From: Methanoregula sp.
GTDB lineage: Archaea; Halobacteriota; Methanomicrobia; Methanomicrobiales; Methanospirillaceae
Assembly (NCBI GenBank): GCA_039698055.1
Contig: JBDKTL010000016.1
Location: forward strand, 1-64,000
DNA length: 64,000 bases
Reading direction: 5' to 3'
The notes under the pieces are model-generated. The model was not told the DNA's origin, did no database searches, and was given only the letters and a program-made list of their open reading frames with translations. Positions 41,539 through 51,443 of the stretch are shown piece by piece. Both the position numbers and the translations under genes were made by a program. Every line of letters begins with the position of its first letter. The first letter of the stretch is position 1.

Positions 41539-43479
41539 TTGGGAAAGCCCTTTCAATCTGAATTGAATAAAATCCCAGATACCATAGTTTGGGCGTTGAA
41601 TGAAAAAATAGAGGAAATTGTTTCGTTTATCGAGTCCTCTTATGATTCACCCCTCTACATAATTGGTTCAGGCGGCTCATTAACCGCTGCTCATTTGGTG
41701 AAATTACTCCACGAAGAGCTTGGAGCTTTTGCGCGAGTAATCACACCATATGAACTGCTGACAATGGACGCATCGTTGCGAAATTCAAGCATCCTGATGA
41801 TAACTGCAGGAGGTCGCAATCCCGATATTCTTTTTTCTTTTAAACATGCTGCAAAATCAGAGCCCAAGAATCTACTGGCCGTTTGTATGCGACCTAATAG
41901 CCCGCTTAAGGAAATAGAGAATACATATAATTTCGCGAAAGTTATTGATTTCCACATCCCTTCTGGAAAAGATGGTTTTTTGGCAACAAATTCGTTGGTT
42001 GCTTTTTGTATGCTCTTTTCTCGTGCTTATAGCGAAGTCTTGCAACAAAATACCACTTTCGATACTGGAATTACCCGTGACATTGAGATCTTCCCAGATA
42101 CCTCTTTTATGAATCAACTAAAAGTTTTATCGACGTTTAGCGTTCTTTATGGAAAGTGGAGTCTTCCAGCTGCTATCGACTTAGAATCAAAATTTACTGA
42201 AGCCGCTCTTGGAAATGTTCAGATTGCGGATTTTAGGAATTTTGCTCACGGACGACATTATTGGTTAGCGGGAAAAGGCGAACAATCTGGAATTGTCGCA
42301 ATTTATACTCTTGATGAAGAAAAAATTGTCAACAAAACATTGGACCTCATTCCAAAAGAAATTCCCGTCTTTAGAATATCTTCAGATTTTTTGGGCTCAA
42401 AGGGTGCGATTCAGTTATTGATTAAAAATTATTATTTTACAAATCTCGTTGCAGCGTATCAGGGAGTTGATCCGGGTTGTCCGACAGTTCCCATGTTCGG
42501 ACGTAAAATATATCGATTAAATGTCAATCCAATAATTCCCAAAGAAAAAATTCCTACGGGGATTAGTCATCAAGAATACGTCTCGATTAAAAGAAAAGTC
42601 GATTATATCACGTTGAAAGATCAGGAAATTCTCTCTATTTGGGTTAAAGCATACCGCGATTTTCTGAAAAAAATTAAATTATGTAAGTTTGGCTCAATCA
42701 TACTCGACTATGATGGTACACTTTCTGCAAAAACCGACAGAGAACTAAACCTTCCCACAGCGATATGCTCTGCTTTAACTCGATTATTGGAAAATGGTGT
42801 GATAATCGGTATTGCTACAGGGAGAGGCAAATCAGTTAGAGAGGAGATGCAAAAAGCAATTCCTCGTGAATTCTGGAATTCTATTGTCATAGGATATTAT
42901 AATGGTGCAGATATTAGTGATCTCTCCGATGAGGCACATCCAGATCTGGGAATTGAAACAGACCCTATTTTACTAAAATTAGAAGCCGTGTTAAATCAGG
43001 ATCCTCTCTTAACAAAATATTCCAAATGGGATCCTCGTCCCCATCAAATCTCAATATTTCTAAGAAAGGCTCATTTCAGGAATACCGTCAAATCCAAACT
43101 GGCTGATATCCTATCCCAGAATGACTTTGTAAGCTTAAAGTTTTTCGAATCTTCACATTCTTTCGATATAGTCACTGATGGTGTATCTAAGAAAAATCTA
43201 TTTTCTTTCGTTGAAAATAAAGCAGAGAGTAAAGGGAGACCTAAGGAAATTCTTTGTATCGGAGATAAAGGCAAGATCCCGGGAAATGACTTCGAGCTTT
43301 TACAGTCACCTCTTGCTCTGAGCGTCGATGAAGTATCTCATTGCTTCGAGAATTGTTGGAATTTAGCCCCTGAAGGATATCGGGGACCTCAGGCAACATT
43401 GGAGTATCTCGAATCAATAAAAACGCACGATAACTATATGAAATTTAATTTTCATATCGAGGGGAATATAAATGAATGA
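41539..43479 (+). CDS. SIS (sugar isomerase) domains fused to a Cof-type HAD phosphatase
   Basis: IIGSGGSLTAA, ITAGGRNPDI, ESKFTEAAL..NFAHGRH (GlmS-like SIS pair); ILDYDGTL, IATGR, GVSKK, IGDKG..GNDFELL (HAD motifs I-IV). Confidence 0.85.
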   Translation: MGKPFQSELNKIPDTIVWALNEKIEEIVSFIESSYDSPLYIIGSGGSLTAAHLVKLLHEELGAFARVITPYELLTMDASLRNSSILMITAGGRNPDILFSFKHAAKSEPKNLLAVCMRPNSPLKEIENTYNFAKVIDFHIPSGKDGFLATNSLVAFCMLFSRAYSEVLQQNTTFDTGITRDIEIFPDTSFMNQLKVLSTFSVLYGKWSLPAAIDLESKFTEAALGNVQIADFRNFAHGRHYWLAGKGEQSGIVAIYTLDEEKIVNKTLDLIPKEIPVFRISSDFLGSKGAIQLLIKNYYFTNLVAAYQGVDPGCPTVPMFGRKIYRLNVNPIIPKEKIPTGISHQEYVSIKRKVDYITLKDQEILSIWVKAYRDFLKKIKLCKFGSIILDYDGTLSAKTDRELNLPTAICSALTRLLENGVIIGIATGRGKSVREEMQKAIPREFWNSIVIGYYNGADISDLSDEAHPDLGIETDPILLKLEAVLNQDPLLTKYSKWDPRPHQISIFLRKAHFRNTVKSKLADILSQNDFVSLKFFESSHSFDIVTDGVSKKNLFSFVENKAESKGRPKEILCIGDKGKIPGNDFELLQSPLALSVDEVSHCFENCWNLAPEGYRGPQATLEYLESIKTHDNYMKFNFHIEGNINE

Positions 43480-44581
43480 GGATCTTGCCAAAAAAATTCT
43501 CAGAACATCTCTTGACTGGACGACAGATGAGATAAGAGATGAGATGTCAACTATTCAATTAATGGCCAGTTATAAGTATGATAATTATCAGCGTTTTTTT
43601 CCCGGTATGCGTTTTATTGAGAGCCTTTCTCAGTGGTTAAATCAATTCAAAACAATTGAGGAAAGGAAAGTAGCATATGAATTCATTAAAAAACGGTTGA
43701 TATTTTTCTCTGAAAGAGAAATCGAGCAACTCGTTTCAATGTCATATCCCGATCTGATAAAACCCATCCTTTATGAAAAAACGGCGTCAAATTTACATTG
43801 CTCTGAATATCAAATAAAGAAAATTTTTGAGAGTACCGAATTCAAAATTCTTCAAAGAAAATCTCTATTTTTAGGTTTAAGTGATGGGGCCCATATGGAT
43901 TTATTCAGGAGAATGAATCGTGAAGTGGGGTTGAAACACGATCAAATTAGTATTGGTTATGACATTAATGACACAAAACGTATTGAGCTTCTCGAAGAAC
44001 TCAAGAACGACCTAGAGAAAATTCCAGGATGTTCCACCTCGCAAGAAAATCTTCTTTTTAAAAATATTTTTTTAATTGATGATTTTTCAGCAAGTGGAAA
44101 AAGTTACTTTCACATTAAGAATGGCGAAATAAAGGGAAAAGTTGCTAAGGTAATGGATCAAATCAATAATCCAGATAGTGAGATCTCAAAAATAATCGAT
44201 AAATCTGATTTATTGGTTTGTGTTATTCTATATATAGCAACTGATACCAGCCTCAACTATCTGAGGCCGTTACTGAATGAAATTGCTGAAGCGAAAAAAT
44301 TTAAAATAAAAATTGTCTGCATTCAGAAACTAGATGATCAAACAAAAATTCAAAATGGCGAGGCTTTTTTGAAATTGATAGAAAACGATGCTTATTATGA
44401 TTCGGATGTGGAATCGAATGCAACTATGGTGGGCGGCACTAAAAGCGTAAAATTGGGCTTTGCCAATTGTGCTTTACCTGTGATATTGTATCACAATACT
44501 CCCAACGATTCTGTCGCAATTCTATGGCTGCATGAATATTTGAAGATAAAGGGGCTTTTTCCAAGAGTCACTCGCCATTAG
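43472..44581 (+). CDS. Phosphoribosyltransferase-like protein (conflict-system PRTase type)
   Basis: WLNQF, IFLIDDFSASGKS PRPP-binding loop, LGF..CALPVILYHNTPNDS, GLFPR. Confidence 0.75.
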   Translation: MNEDLAKKILRTSLDWTTDEIRDEMSTIQLMASYKYDNYQRFFPGMRFIESLSQWLNQFKTIEERKVAYEFIKKRLIFFSEREIEQLVSMSYPDLIKPILYEKTASNLHCSEYQIKKIFESTEFKILQRKSLFLGLSDGAHMDLFRRMNREVGLKHDQISIGYDINDTKRIELLEELKNDLEKIPGCSTSQENLLFKNIFLIDDFSASGKSYFHIKNGEIKGKVAKVMDQINNPDSEISKIIDKSDLLVCVILYIATDTSLNYLRPLLNEIAEAKKFKIKIVCIQKLDDQTKIQNGEAFLKLIENDAYYDSDVESNATMVGGTKSVKLGFANCALPVILYHNTPNDSVAILWLHEYLKIKGLFPRVTRH

Positions 44582-44589
44582 GATAGATC

Positions 44590-46467
44590 ATGATCGAACC
44601 ACGAAATCCGTTTATGATACAAACTTCGGAACAAATCGATTCCGAAAGAATATTTCTCCGATTATTCTCTCCTGGCGTACTGTCTTTATTAACAAATAAG
44701 GAACTTTGGGACAGAGTCAGTTTAATACTAAGCTCCCCCGGGGGGGGGAAAAGTTCCCTGATACGCCTTTTTACTCCGGGATCTCTTCTTGAACTCCATA
44801 ACCACCGAACTCATGAATTATTTAAAGAACTTTATCAAAGGATGAATCAATTGGGTGTTATTAATGACAATGGGCCTCAGATTTTAGGAATTTCGATATC
44901 CTGCGTCAGAAACTACGATTCTCTCGAAGACTTAAATCTCGAAGACGTTGATAAAAAGAGACTTTTTTTTGCATTACTAGATTCGAGGATTATCATATCG
45001 GCATTACGAGGATTAGTGGAGTTAAATCATTTGAAATTCGATGAAGATTTGAAAGCCATTACTTATATTTTACCTAACGATCTCCCATTGCCGACTGATT
45101 TTCCACAGAGGGGAAATGGACACGATTTATTTACCTGGGCTCAGAAGGCCGAAGAAAATGTGTATTCTATCATTGACAGTTTCGGCCCGATAAAGAAAGA
45201 ATCGTTGAAGGGTCATGATAGATTGATCAGTGCATTTGTTCTCAAACCAGATTATTTCAAATGCAATTCTAATTCTATTCCTCCACGAACTGTCATAATG
45301 TTGGACGATTGTCATAAATTGACCTCCACCCAACGAAAATCACTTTACGAAATTATTGACCAAAGACCTCCGATTGGTATCTGGATTGCGGAAAGATTTG
45401 ATCATTTTTCAATTGATCAATTAATCAATAAAGGGGCCTACCATGGTCGAGAAATTAATTTTATTGAATTGGAGGATTTTTGGAGCCAATCAAGCAAATT
45501 TGAAAAAATAGCGGAGAATATCGCTGATAAAAGAGCCCGATTTGCATCAACTGTAGATATTCAATCATTTGCCTCAAGATTACAATTTGAATGTGGCGAC
45601 TCTGAACAAAAACACCTTGAAGAAATTTGTAAAAAAATCGAAGAAAAAATTTTAAATAAAGGCAAAATTTCAGAAAAGTATATCGAGAGAATTGAATCTT
45701 TGCGAAATTCTCAGGAAAGACCCTTTGAAAGAGCAATATCTTGGAGATCGCTTGAGATCTTGATTGATCGGGATTTGAAGAAAGAACAAAAATTGATCTC
45801 TGATTATTCGGATGATCTCATCATCCCAATCGAAGAAGAATCTTTGGTTGATCGAGAAAATTCCGATGTAAGAAATGCCGCGGAATTATTCCTATCGAAG
45901 GACTATAAACTACCTTACTATTATGGCATGTCTCGTCTCGTCAAGGTGTCATCCTCAAATATATCCCAATTCTTGTGGATTAGTGGGAATATTTTTGAAG
46001 AAATTCTTGCTCAAAATTTAATGGATCCCTCAAAACTTATTGGCCTTAAACCTCAAGAAAAAATTATTAAAAAAATTATTGATGAGCGATGGAATCAACT
46101 TCCATACCGAGTTCAGTATGGTCGGGAGATCCAAAAATTCCTGACCTCGGTTGGAAAATTTTGTGCAAATGAGACCTATAAAGCGAATGCCTGGAATGCG
46201 CCAGGTGTAACAGGTATCGCAATACTAATGTCCGATGTAAAAAGACTGAATGAAGAAAAAAAGTACAAAAAACTGAATACAATCCTGAGAGAATGCATCG
46301 CAAATAAATTGTTAGAGGCGAGTCCTGGGAAAAAATGCAAAAATAAGGAATGGATGGTTCTATATTTCAACCGAATGTATTGCGTTTATTTTAATTTACC
46401 TCTGCAATACAGTGGAAAATTCAAGGAGAAAAAACTGGATGATGTTCTTAGCTGGCTAGAAAATTAA
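44590..46467 (+). CDS. P-loop ATPase (ORC/CDC6-STAND-like)
   Basis: NPF at the N-terminus, LILSSPGGGKSS Walker A, VIMLDDCH Walker B, YYG...SSNISQFL helical region. Confidence 0.75.
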   Translation: MIEPRNPFMIQTSEQIDSERIFLRLFSPGVLSLLTNKELWDRVSLILSSPGGGKSSLIRLFTPGSLLELHNHRTHELFKELYQRMNQLGVINDNGPQILGISISCVRNYDSLEDLNLEDVDKKRLFFALLDSRIIISALRGLVELNHLKFDEDLKAITYILPNDLPLPTDFPQRGNGHDLFTWAQKAEENVYSIIDSFGPIKKESLKGHDRLISAFVLKPDYFKCNSNSIPPRTVIMLDDCHKLTSTQRKSLYEIIDQRPPIGIWIAERFDHFSIDQLINKGAYHGREINFIELEDFWSQSSKFEKIAENIADKRARFASTVDIQSFASRLQFECGDSEQKHLEEICKKIEEKILNKGKISEKYIERIESLRNSQERPFERAISWRSLEILIDRDLKKEQKLISDYSDDLIIPIEEESLVDRENSDVRNAAELFLSKDYKLPYYYGMSRLVKVSSSNISQFLWISGNIFEEILAQNLMDPSKLIGLKPQEKIIKKIIDERWNQLPYRVQYGREIQKFLTSVGKFCANETYKANAWNAPGVTGIAILMSDVKRLNEEKKYKKLNTILRECIANKLLEASPGKKCKNKEWMVLYFNRMYCVYFNLPLQYSGKFKEKKLDDVLSWLEN

Positions 46468-46473
46468 ATTTTA

Positions 46474-47637
46474 ATGGATGGGGAAGAAATGGATGAGATT
46501 ATAAACGAAATGCGATGGGAAAATTATTTTTTACGTCGAGGAATGGATTTTAAAAAGTACTGGAAAGAATTCCTCGCCTCAAAACAAAGAGATGTCTGTT
46601 ATATTCTTGGTCTTGGATTTGATCCCCGTATGTGTTCCGCCATTGATTATATCATAAAGTGCGATGGGGAGGGTATTAGAGATTGTTATCTGATAAAGTT
46701 TAATGAAGGGGAAACATCGCAATCGAAAAATTATGAGCCTGAAATCGCAGAGAATGAAAAAAAATTAACTAAAATAATGTCAGATCGCGGCAGAATAATT
46801 CCTAAAGAAATTGAGATGATATCCTCAGATCGACGGAGAATTGGGGGGAGAGCAATAATTAAATGTTTAAATGATGTTGATTTCTCAAAATATTCTGATA
46901 TTATAGTCGATATTAGTGCCCTACCACGTCCATTATATTTTCCAATTATCAGAAAATTCCTGCACGAATTTGATGAAAAACGGAAAAATGGTCAGCGAAA
47001 ATTCAATCTTCACATAATCATTGTGGAAAATCCCAAGTTGGATTCATTGATTAAAGCATTGGGTGTAGAGGACAAAGCAGATTATATCGTTGGTTTCAGA
47101 GGACGAGTTGAATTGGAATCCACCGGAAATCTACCGACGGTCTGGATTCCGATTTTAGGTGAGGGGAAAGCAATACAATTAGACAGAATATATACACTGG
47201 TTAGACCCCAAGAAATATGTCCGGTTCTACCATTTCCAGCGCTAAATCCCCGAAGGGGAGATGATATCATCATTGAATATAGGGAAATGTTATTCGACAA
47301 CCTGCGAATAGATCCGGTTAATATCCTCTATGCCTCCGAACAAAATCCTTTTGAAGTCTATCGGAAAATCGTTCGGACGGTATCACAATATCATAGAACT
47401 TTAAATGTACTAGGTGGATGCAAAATCGTCGTATCAATATTGTCAAGTAAATTGCTTTCGATGGGAGCCCTTCTTGCAGTTTATGATATATCTGAAGATC
47501 TTCAGCCTAAAATCCCGATCGCGATCGCTCATGTGGAAAGTCAGGGATATGAGCTAGATCCATTCGATAAAGACGAAATTATGAAACATGAAGAGCTATA
47601 TTCTATGTGGCTAGCCGGCGAATGCTATGACGACTGA
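46474..47637 (+). CDS. Hypothetical protein, possibly tandem Rossmann/CARF-like domains
   Basis: YILGLGFDPR, IIVDISALPR, WIPILGEG, CPVLPFP, LSSKLLSMG. Confidence 0.6.
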   Translation: MDGEEMDEIINEMRWENYFLRRGMDFKKYWKEFLASKQRDVCYILGLGFDPRMCSAIDYIIKCDGEGIRDCYLIKFNEGETSQSKNYEPEIAENEKKLTKIMSDRGRIIPKEIEMISSDRRRIGGRAIIKCLNDVDFSKYSDIIVDISALPRPLYFPIIRKFLHEFDEKRKNGQRKFNLHIIIVENPKLDSLIKALGVEDKADYIVGFRGRVELESTGNLPTVWIPILGEGKAIQLDRIYTLVRPQEICPVLPFPALNPRRGDDIIIEYREMLFDNLRIDPVNILYASEQNPFEVYRKIVRTVSQYHRTLNVLGGCKIVVSILSSKLLSMGALLAVYDISEDLQPKIPIAIAHVESQGYELDPFDKDEIMKHEELYSMWLAGECYDD

Positions 47638-48718
47638 CGAATTAAATTTTTTTGAAAATAAGGACCCAAAACCAATAGCTACCGGAACCGGACTCATAGC
47701 ATTGGATGTAATAATTAATGGCCATAATAGAAATGAGCCTTATTACATGACCGGAGGATCATGTGGGAATGTTTTAATAATTCTCTCGTATTTTGGGTGG
47801 CACACATATCCTCTTGGCCGGTTTAAAGAGGATAATTTCTCAAAATTTATTATCGGCGATTTGAAAAAGTGGGGCGTAGATACCTCATATCTTAAATTTG
47901 ACGATAAGGCAAGTACACCTGTTATTATCGAAAAAGTCAGACAAAAGGAAAATGGCGAATCAACCCATGCCTTCAGCTTCTTTTGTCCTGAATGTAATTC
48001 GTTTTTACCGAGATATCGACCCGTCACAATAAAACAAGTCGAGTCTATTCTGGATAATTTACCTACATCCAGTGTTTGCTATATTGATCGAGTATCCGGT
48101 GGGACCCTTGAATATGCAAAATCTTGTAAAAATAAAGGAGCTTTGATCTTCTTTGAACCCACAAAAATTGATGATAATAGCAATTTTCGTAAAATTCTTG
48201 AAATTTGTGATGTTTTAAAATATTCAAATGAAATTTGCATTACCGATCCAAATATTGTGCGCGATAGCTACGTTCCGTTGAAAATCGAAACGCTAGGTTC
48301 ATCCGGATTATTGTTTAGTTTTAACAACGGCCTCTCTAGAAAAAGAAACGAAAAATGGCAAAAAATGAGGGCGTTTCCTATCAAAAACTTCGTTGATGCA
48401 GCGGGTGCAGGTGATTGGTGTAGCGCAGGACTAATTCATTTTTTAAATATGAAAAAAATAACGGACATCAATCAATTAGATGAAAAAACGTTAAAAACCG
48501 CATTAAATTTTGGACAAGCTCTTGCGGCGGCAAATTGCAGATTTTTTGGAGCACGAGGTAGTATGTATGCACTCTCTAAAGATAACTTTCACAAATTCGT
48601 TAATGACATTCTTAAAAAGAAGGATATTTCGACCTCTAATATGCCCCCTTTGCAATTAAAACGACCGAAAAAAAACAAAGGTTGTTGTCCAATTTGCAAT
48701 GAAAAGAACCGTGTGTAA
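47627..48718 (+). CDS. PfkB/ribokinase-family kinase with CxxC insert
   Basis: GTGLIALDVI, GGSCGNV, VDAAGAGDWCSAG anion hole; FFCPEC. Confidence 0.88.
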   Translation: MTTDELNFFENKDPKPIATGTGLIALDVIINGHNRNEPYYMTGGSCGNVLIILSYFGWHTYPLGRFKEDNFSKFIIGDLKKWGVDTSYLKFDDKASTPVIIEKVRQKENGESTHAFSFFCPECNSFLPRYRPVTIKQVESILDNLPTSSVCYIDRVSGGTLEYAKSCKNKGALIFFEPTKIDDNSNFRKILEICDVLKYSNEICITDPNIVRDSYVPLKIETLGSSGLLFSFNNGLSRKRNEKWQKMRAFPIKNFVDAAGAGDWCSAGLIHFLNMKKITDINQLDEKTLKTALNFGQALAAANCRFFGARGSMYALSKDNFHKFVNDILKKKDISTSNMPPLQLKRPKKNKGCCPICNEKNRV

Positions 48719-49066
48719 TAATTTTGAATCTCTTTTTCTATTCCTATTATTTCGGAATGCATCGGCACTACGGGCGAATGATAAGACCGTGACGGACTTA
48801 GTTAGTGATCACAATTGGATTATGGTGGCTTCGAAGCAGATTATCGTCAGCCAATTTTCATGGGGTCCGGGGTCCCATGTTTCCTGCAGAGCGTGATCAT
48901 GCGGCTGGTCCCGGTCCATCCCTCTCTTCCCAAATCTAATATTCTCCCAGACACTATACTGAATCAGAAATTGAGCTGCATCCGCCCCGGAACTTCCATT
49001 TTGGGAAAGAAACCGGATTTCGGCTCGGTACAAAAACGTGGAAAATCCCTTACATAAGGTTCGGAC

Positions 49067-50530
49067 ATGACAGAACAGATGAATATCCGGGAACTCGTTG
49101 ATACTCTGCGACGTAAGGACACCGAAGAGGAATGGTTTGAGTTCAAAGTCGATTACGCCGAACCTCAAAAGATCGGTGAATATCTGTCGGCGTTGAGCAA
49201 TTCAGCGGCATTGTCCCACGAGGAGTACGGCTATCTTGTCTACGGTCTGGATGATTCGCATCACAGGATCGTCGGCACCGGGTTTCAGCCAAAAAAGGCA
49301 AAAGGAAAAGGGAACGAGGATCTCGAGCCATGGCTGACCCGCCTTCTGGATCCCCGTGTTGATTGTGCGATTTGGGAAGAGGAGATAAATGGGGCCCGGG
49401 TTGTAGTTTTCCGGGTTGCGGCAGCACGGGAACGCCCCGTCAGGTTTTCCGGCGTTGCGCATATCCGTGTCGGTTCCAACAACCATAAACTGGCAGATTA
49501 TCCGGAAAAAGAAAGAAAATTGTGGAGTATTATTCATTCGGTACCGTTTGAGGAGGGTATAGCCCTTACCGGACAGTCAAGCGACGATATCTTACAAAAG
49601 ATCGATTATCCGAAATTCTTCGAGCTCATGAAAATCCCCCTCCCTGATAACCGGGCGGGGATACTCAGCAGGCTTGAGGAAGAGAAAATTATCCAGAAAA
49701 CAAAGGATCATTACTATTCTATAACCAATTTAGGTGCAATTCTCTTCTCAAAAAACTTCGAGGATTTCCCACCACTCACCCGCAAATCCCTGAGAATTGT
49801 TGTGTACGATGGGGACGGCCGCCTGAATGCAAAGAAAGAGCATATCGTCAAGAGCGGTTATGCAACATCGTTCGAATCGACTATCGACTGGATATTTGAT
49901 CAGGTCCCTTCCAATGAGGTAATCAAGGATGCATTGCGCGTCGAGCGAAAGATGTACCCGAAAGTTACGATCCGTGAAGTTGTTGCAAATGCGTTGATCC
50001 ACCAGGATTTTTCCATAACCGGTGCCGGGCCGATGGTTGAGGTGTTTTCGAGAAGGATGGAAATTTCGAATCCCGGCAAACCGTTAATCAGTCCGGACCG
50101 GTTTATTGATCATCCTCCCCGATCGCGGAACGAGAAACTGGCGTCGGTGATGCGCCGCGTAAATATTTGTGAAGAGCGGGGTAGCGGGATTGATCGGGCG
50201 ATCGATTGCATAGAGGTATTTCAGTTACCCGCGCCGGAATTTCTTGACGACAATGATTTCATGCGCATTACGTTGTTCGGACACCAGAATATCGGCGAAA
50301 TGGGAAAAGCAGATAAGATTAGGGCTTGCTACCAGCACTGCTGCCTGAGATGGGTGTGCCGGGACTATATGACAAACGCAACTCTCCGGAAGCGGCTGGG
50401 GATTGACGACCTGAATTATCCCATGGCTTCACGGATTATCAAGGACACCATGGACCAGGGCTTGATCCGGTTGTATGATCCGGAAAACAAATCGAACAGG
50501 ACCCGGAAGTACATCCCGTTCTGGTCATAA
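49067..50530 (+). CDS. Schlafen/AlbA_2 domain with RecG-C-like (HATPase_c_4) domain and wHTH
   Basis: EEEWFEFK, SALSNS, GYLVYG, IRVGS; REVVANALIHQD, ISNPG, RSRNEKLA, CEERGSG. Confidence 0.85.
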   Translation: MTEQMNIRELVDTLRRKDTEEEWFEFKVDYAEPQKIGEYLSALSNSAALSHEEYGYLVYGLDDSHHRIVGTGFQPKKAKGKGNEDLEPWLTRLLDPRVDCAIWEEEINGARVVVFRVAAARERPVRFSGVAHIRVGSNNHKLADYPEKERKLWSIIHSVPFEEGIALTGQSSDDILQKIDYPKFFELMKIPLPDNRAGILSRLEEEKIIQKTKDHYYSITNLGAILFSKNFEDFPPLTRKSLRIVVYDGDGRLNAKKEHIVKSGYATSFESTIDWIFDQVPSNEVIKDALRVERKMYPKVTIREVVANALIHQDFSITGAGPMVEVFSRRMEISNPGKPLISPDRFIDHPPRSRNEKLASVMRRVNICEERGSGIDRAIDCIEVFQLPAPEFLDDNDFMRITLFGHQNIGEMGKADKIRACYQHCCLRWVCRDYMTNATLRKRLGIDDLNYPMASRIIKDTMDQGLIRLYDPENKSNRTRKYIPFWS

Positions 50531-50559
50531 ATTTGGGCGTAGCAAAATATCATCGGCCA

Positions 50560-50663
50560 ATGTAACTGGCATGTGCATATGCACAAAGAAAAAGGGCAGA
50601 TTGAGGGGGTTACCCCGTTTGCTCGTCAATTTGATGTAACAGGTTATGTAACGGGCATGTAAC
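50560..50663 (+). repeat. ATGTAAC heptamer repeats (x4; three in tandem)
   Basis: Copies at 50560, 50634, 50646 and 50657. Confidence 0.6.
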
Positions 50664-50740
50664 TGAAAGGGATAATCTCCCGGACCGCCCACCCTGGAGT
50701 CCCGCCCACCAACCGAGGGCGGGAACCATTGTGTCCGGTT

Positions 50741-51312
50741 GACACGCAGACGCTCGGTCATGTTCACTCGTCCTCGCTGATGCTCCGGCTCGCTTCACAT
50801 CACCTCGCTGTTTCTTTCGGTTGATTGCTGGGATGAGGACGCCCCTGGCTTGTCGCGCTGCTCCGGCGCCAGCGGCTGCCCCGGCCCGCTCCTCACACCA
50901 TGCTCCGCATCGTGTTCGTCGCTGTTGATGCGAAAACGCAGACGCTCAGTGACTCGCTCGCACGACGCACAGGGGGCTCGGACTCGCCGCTGATGCGGCT
51001 CCTTACCTTCGCGCCCCTGTCGCGGTGCTCGCTCGGGCCGCTGGGCCCCGGACCTTTCTCCCGCTTCGCTCCTCCCTCCCTTGAAAAGGAGGGCAGTCAT
51101 TGCGATAGGAACGGAGGAGGTTTCAGGGCCGGGCGGGAGGACAAAGCGACGGTTACCGGACGCATCAGCGGACGGTCGCTCGCTTTGTCGGGCGGGTCCA
51201 ACCGAAGCGATCGCGTACCAACAGGAAACTAAAGAGGGCGGGTCATGGCCACACGGCGCGGTTACGGGACGCATCAGCGGCCTGTCGCGCTGTGTGCCTG
51301 GGCGGGCCTTGC
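50741..51312. repeat. Structured GC-rich non-coding element, copy 1 (inverted homolog of 53207-53792)
   Basis: 50881-50929 matches the reverse complement of 53605-53653 at 48/49; colinear similarity and conserved hairpins along the whole length. Confidence 0.85.
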
Positions 51313-51443
51313 GAAAAATAAAAATTTAATTCTGCGCAATTGCCTTATTTCGCAAATCGGACAACGCACCGCTTTTACTTTCACCCTGCGCACGCCGATG
51401 TACTATATGCTCTAACGTCGATAGATGTATGGTGAAAAACACC

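Noticed and set aside
50795-51329. Short ORFs within the structured elements (also 53146-53906)
   Set aside because: Low-complexity Arg/Pro/Gly translations; indels between the two copies do not appear to preserve any frame
51309-51357. Second dif-like site (TTCTGCGCAA...TTATTTCGCAA)
   Set aside because: Shares a 10-mer with the xerA site but does not fit the 11-6-11 geometry
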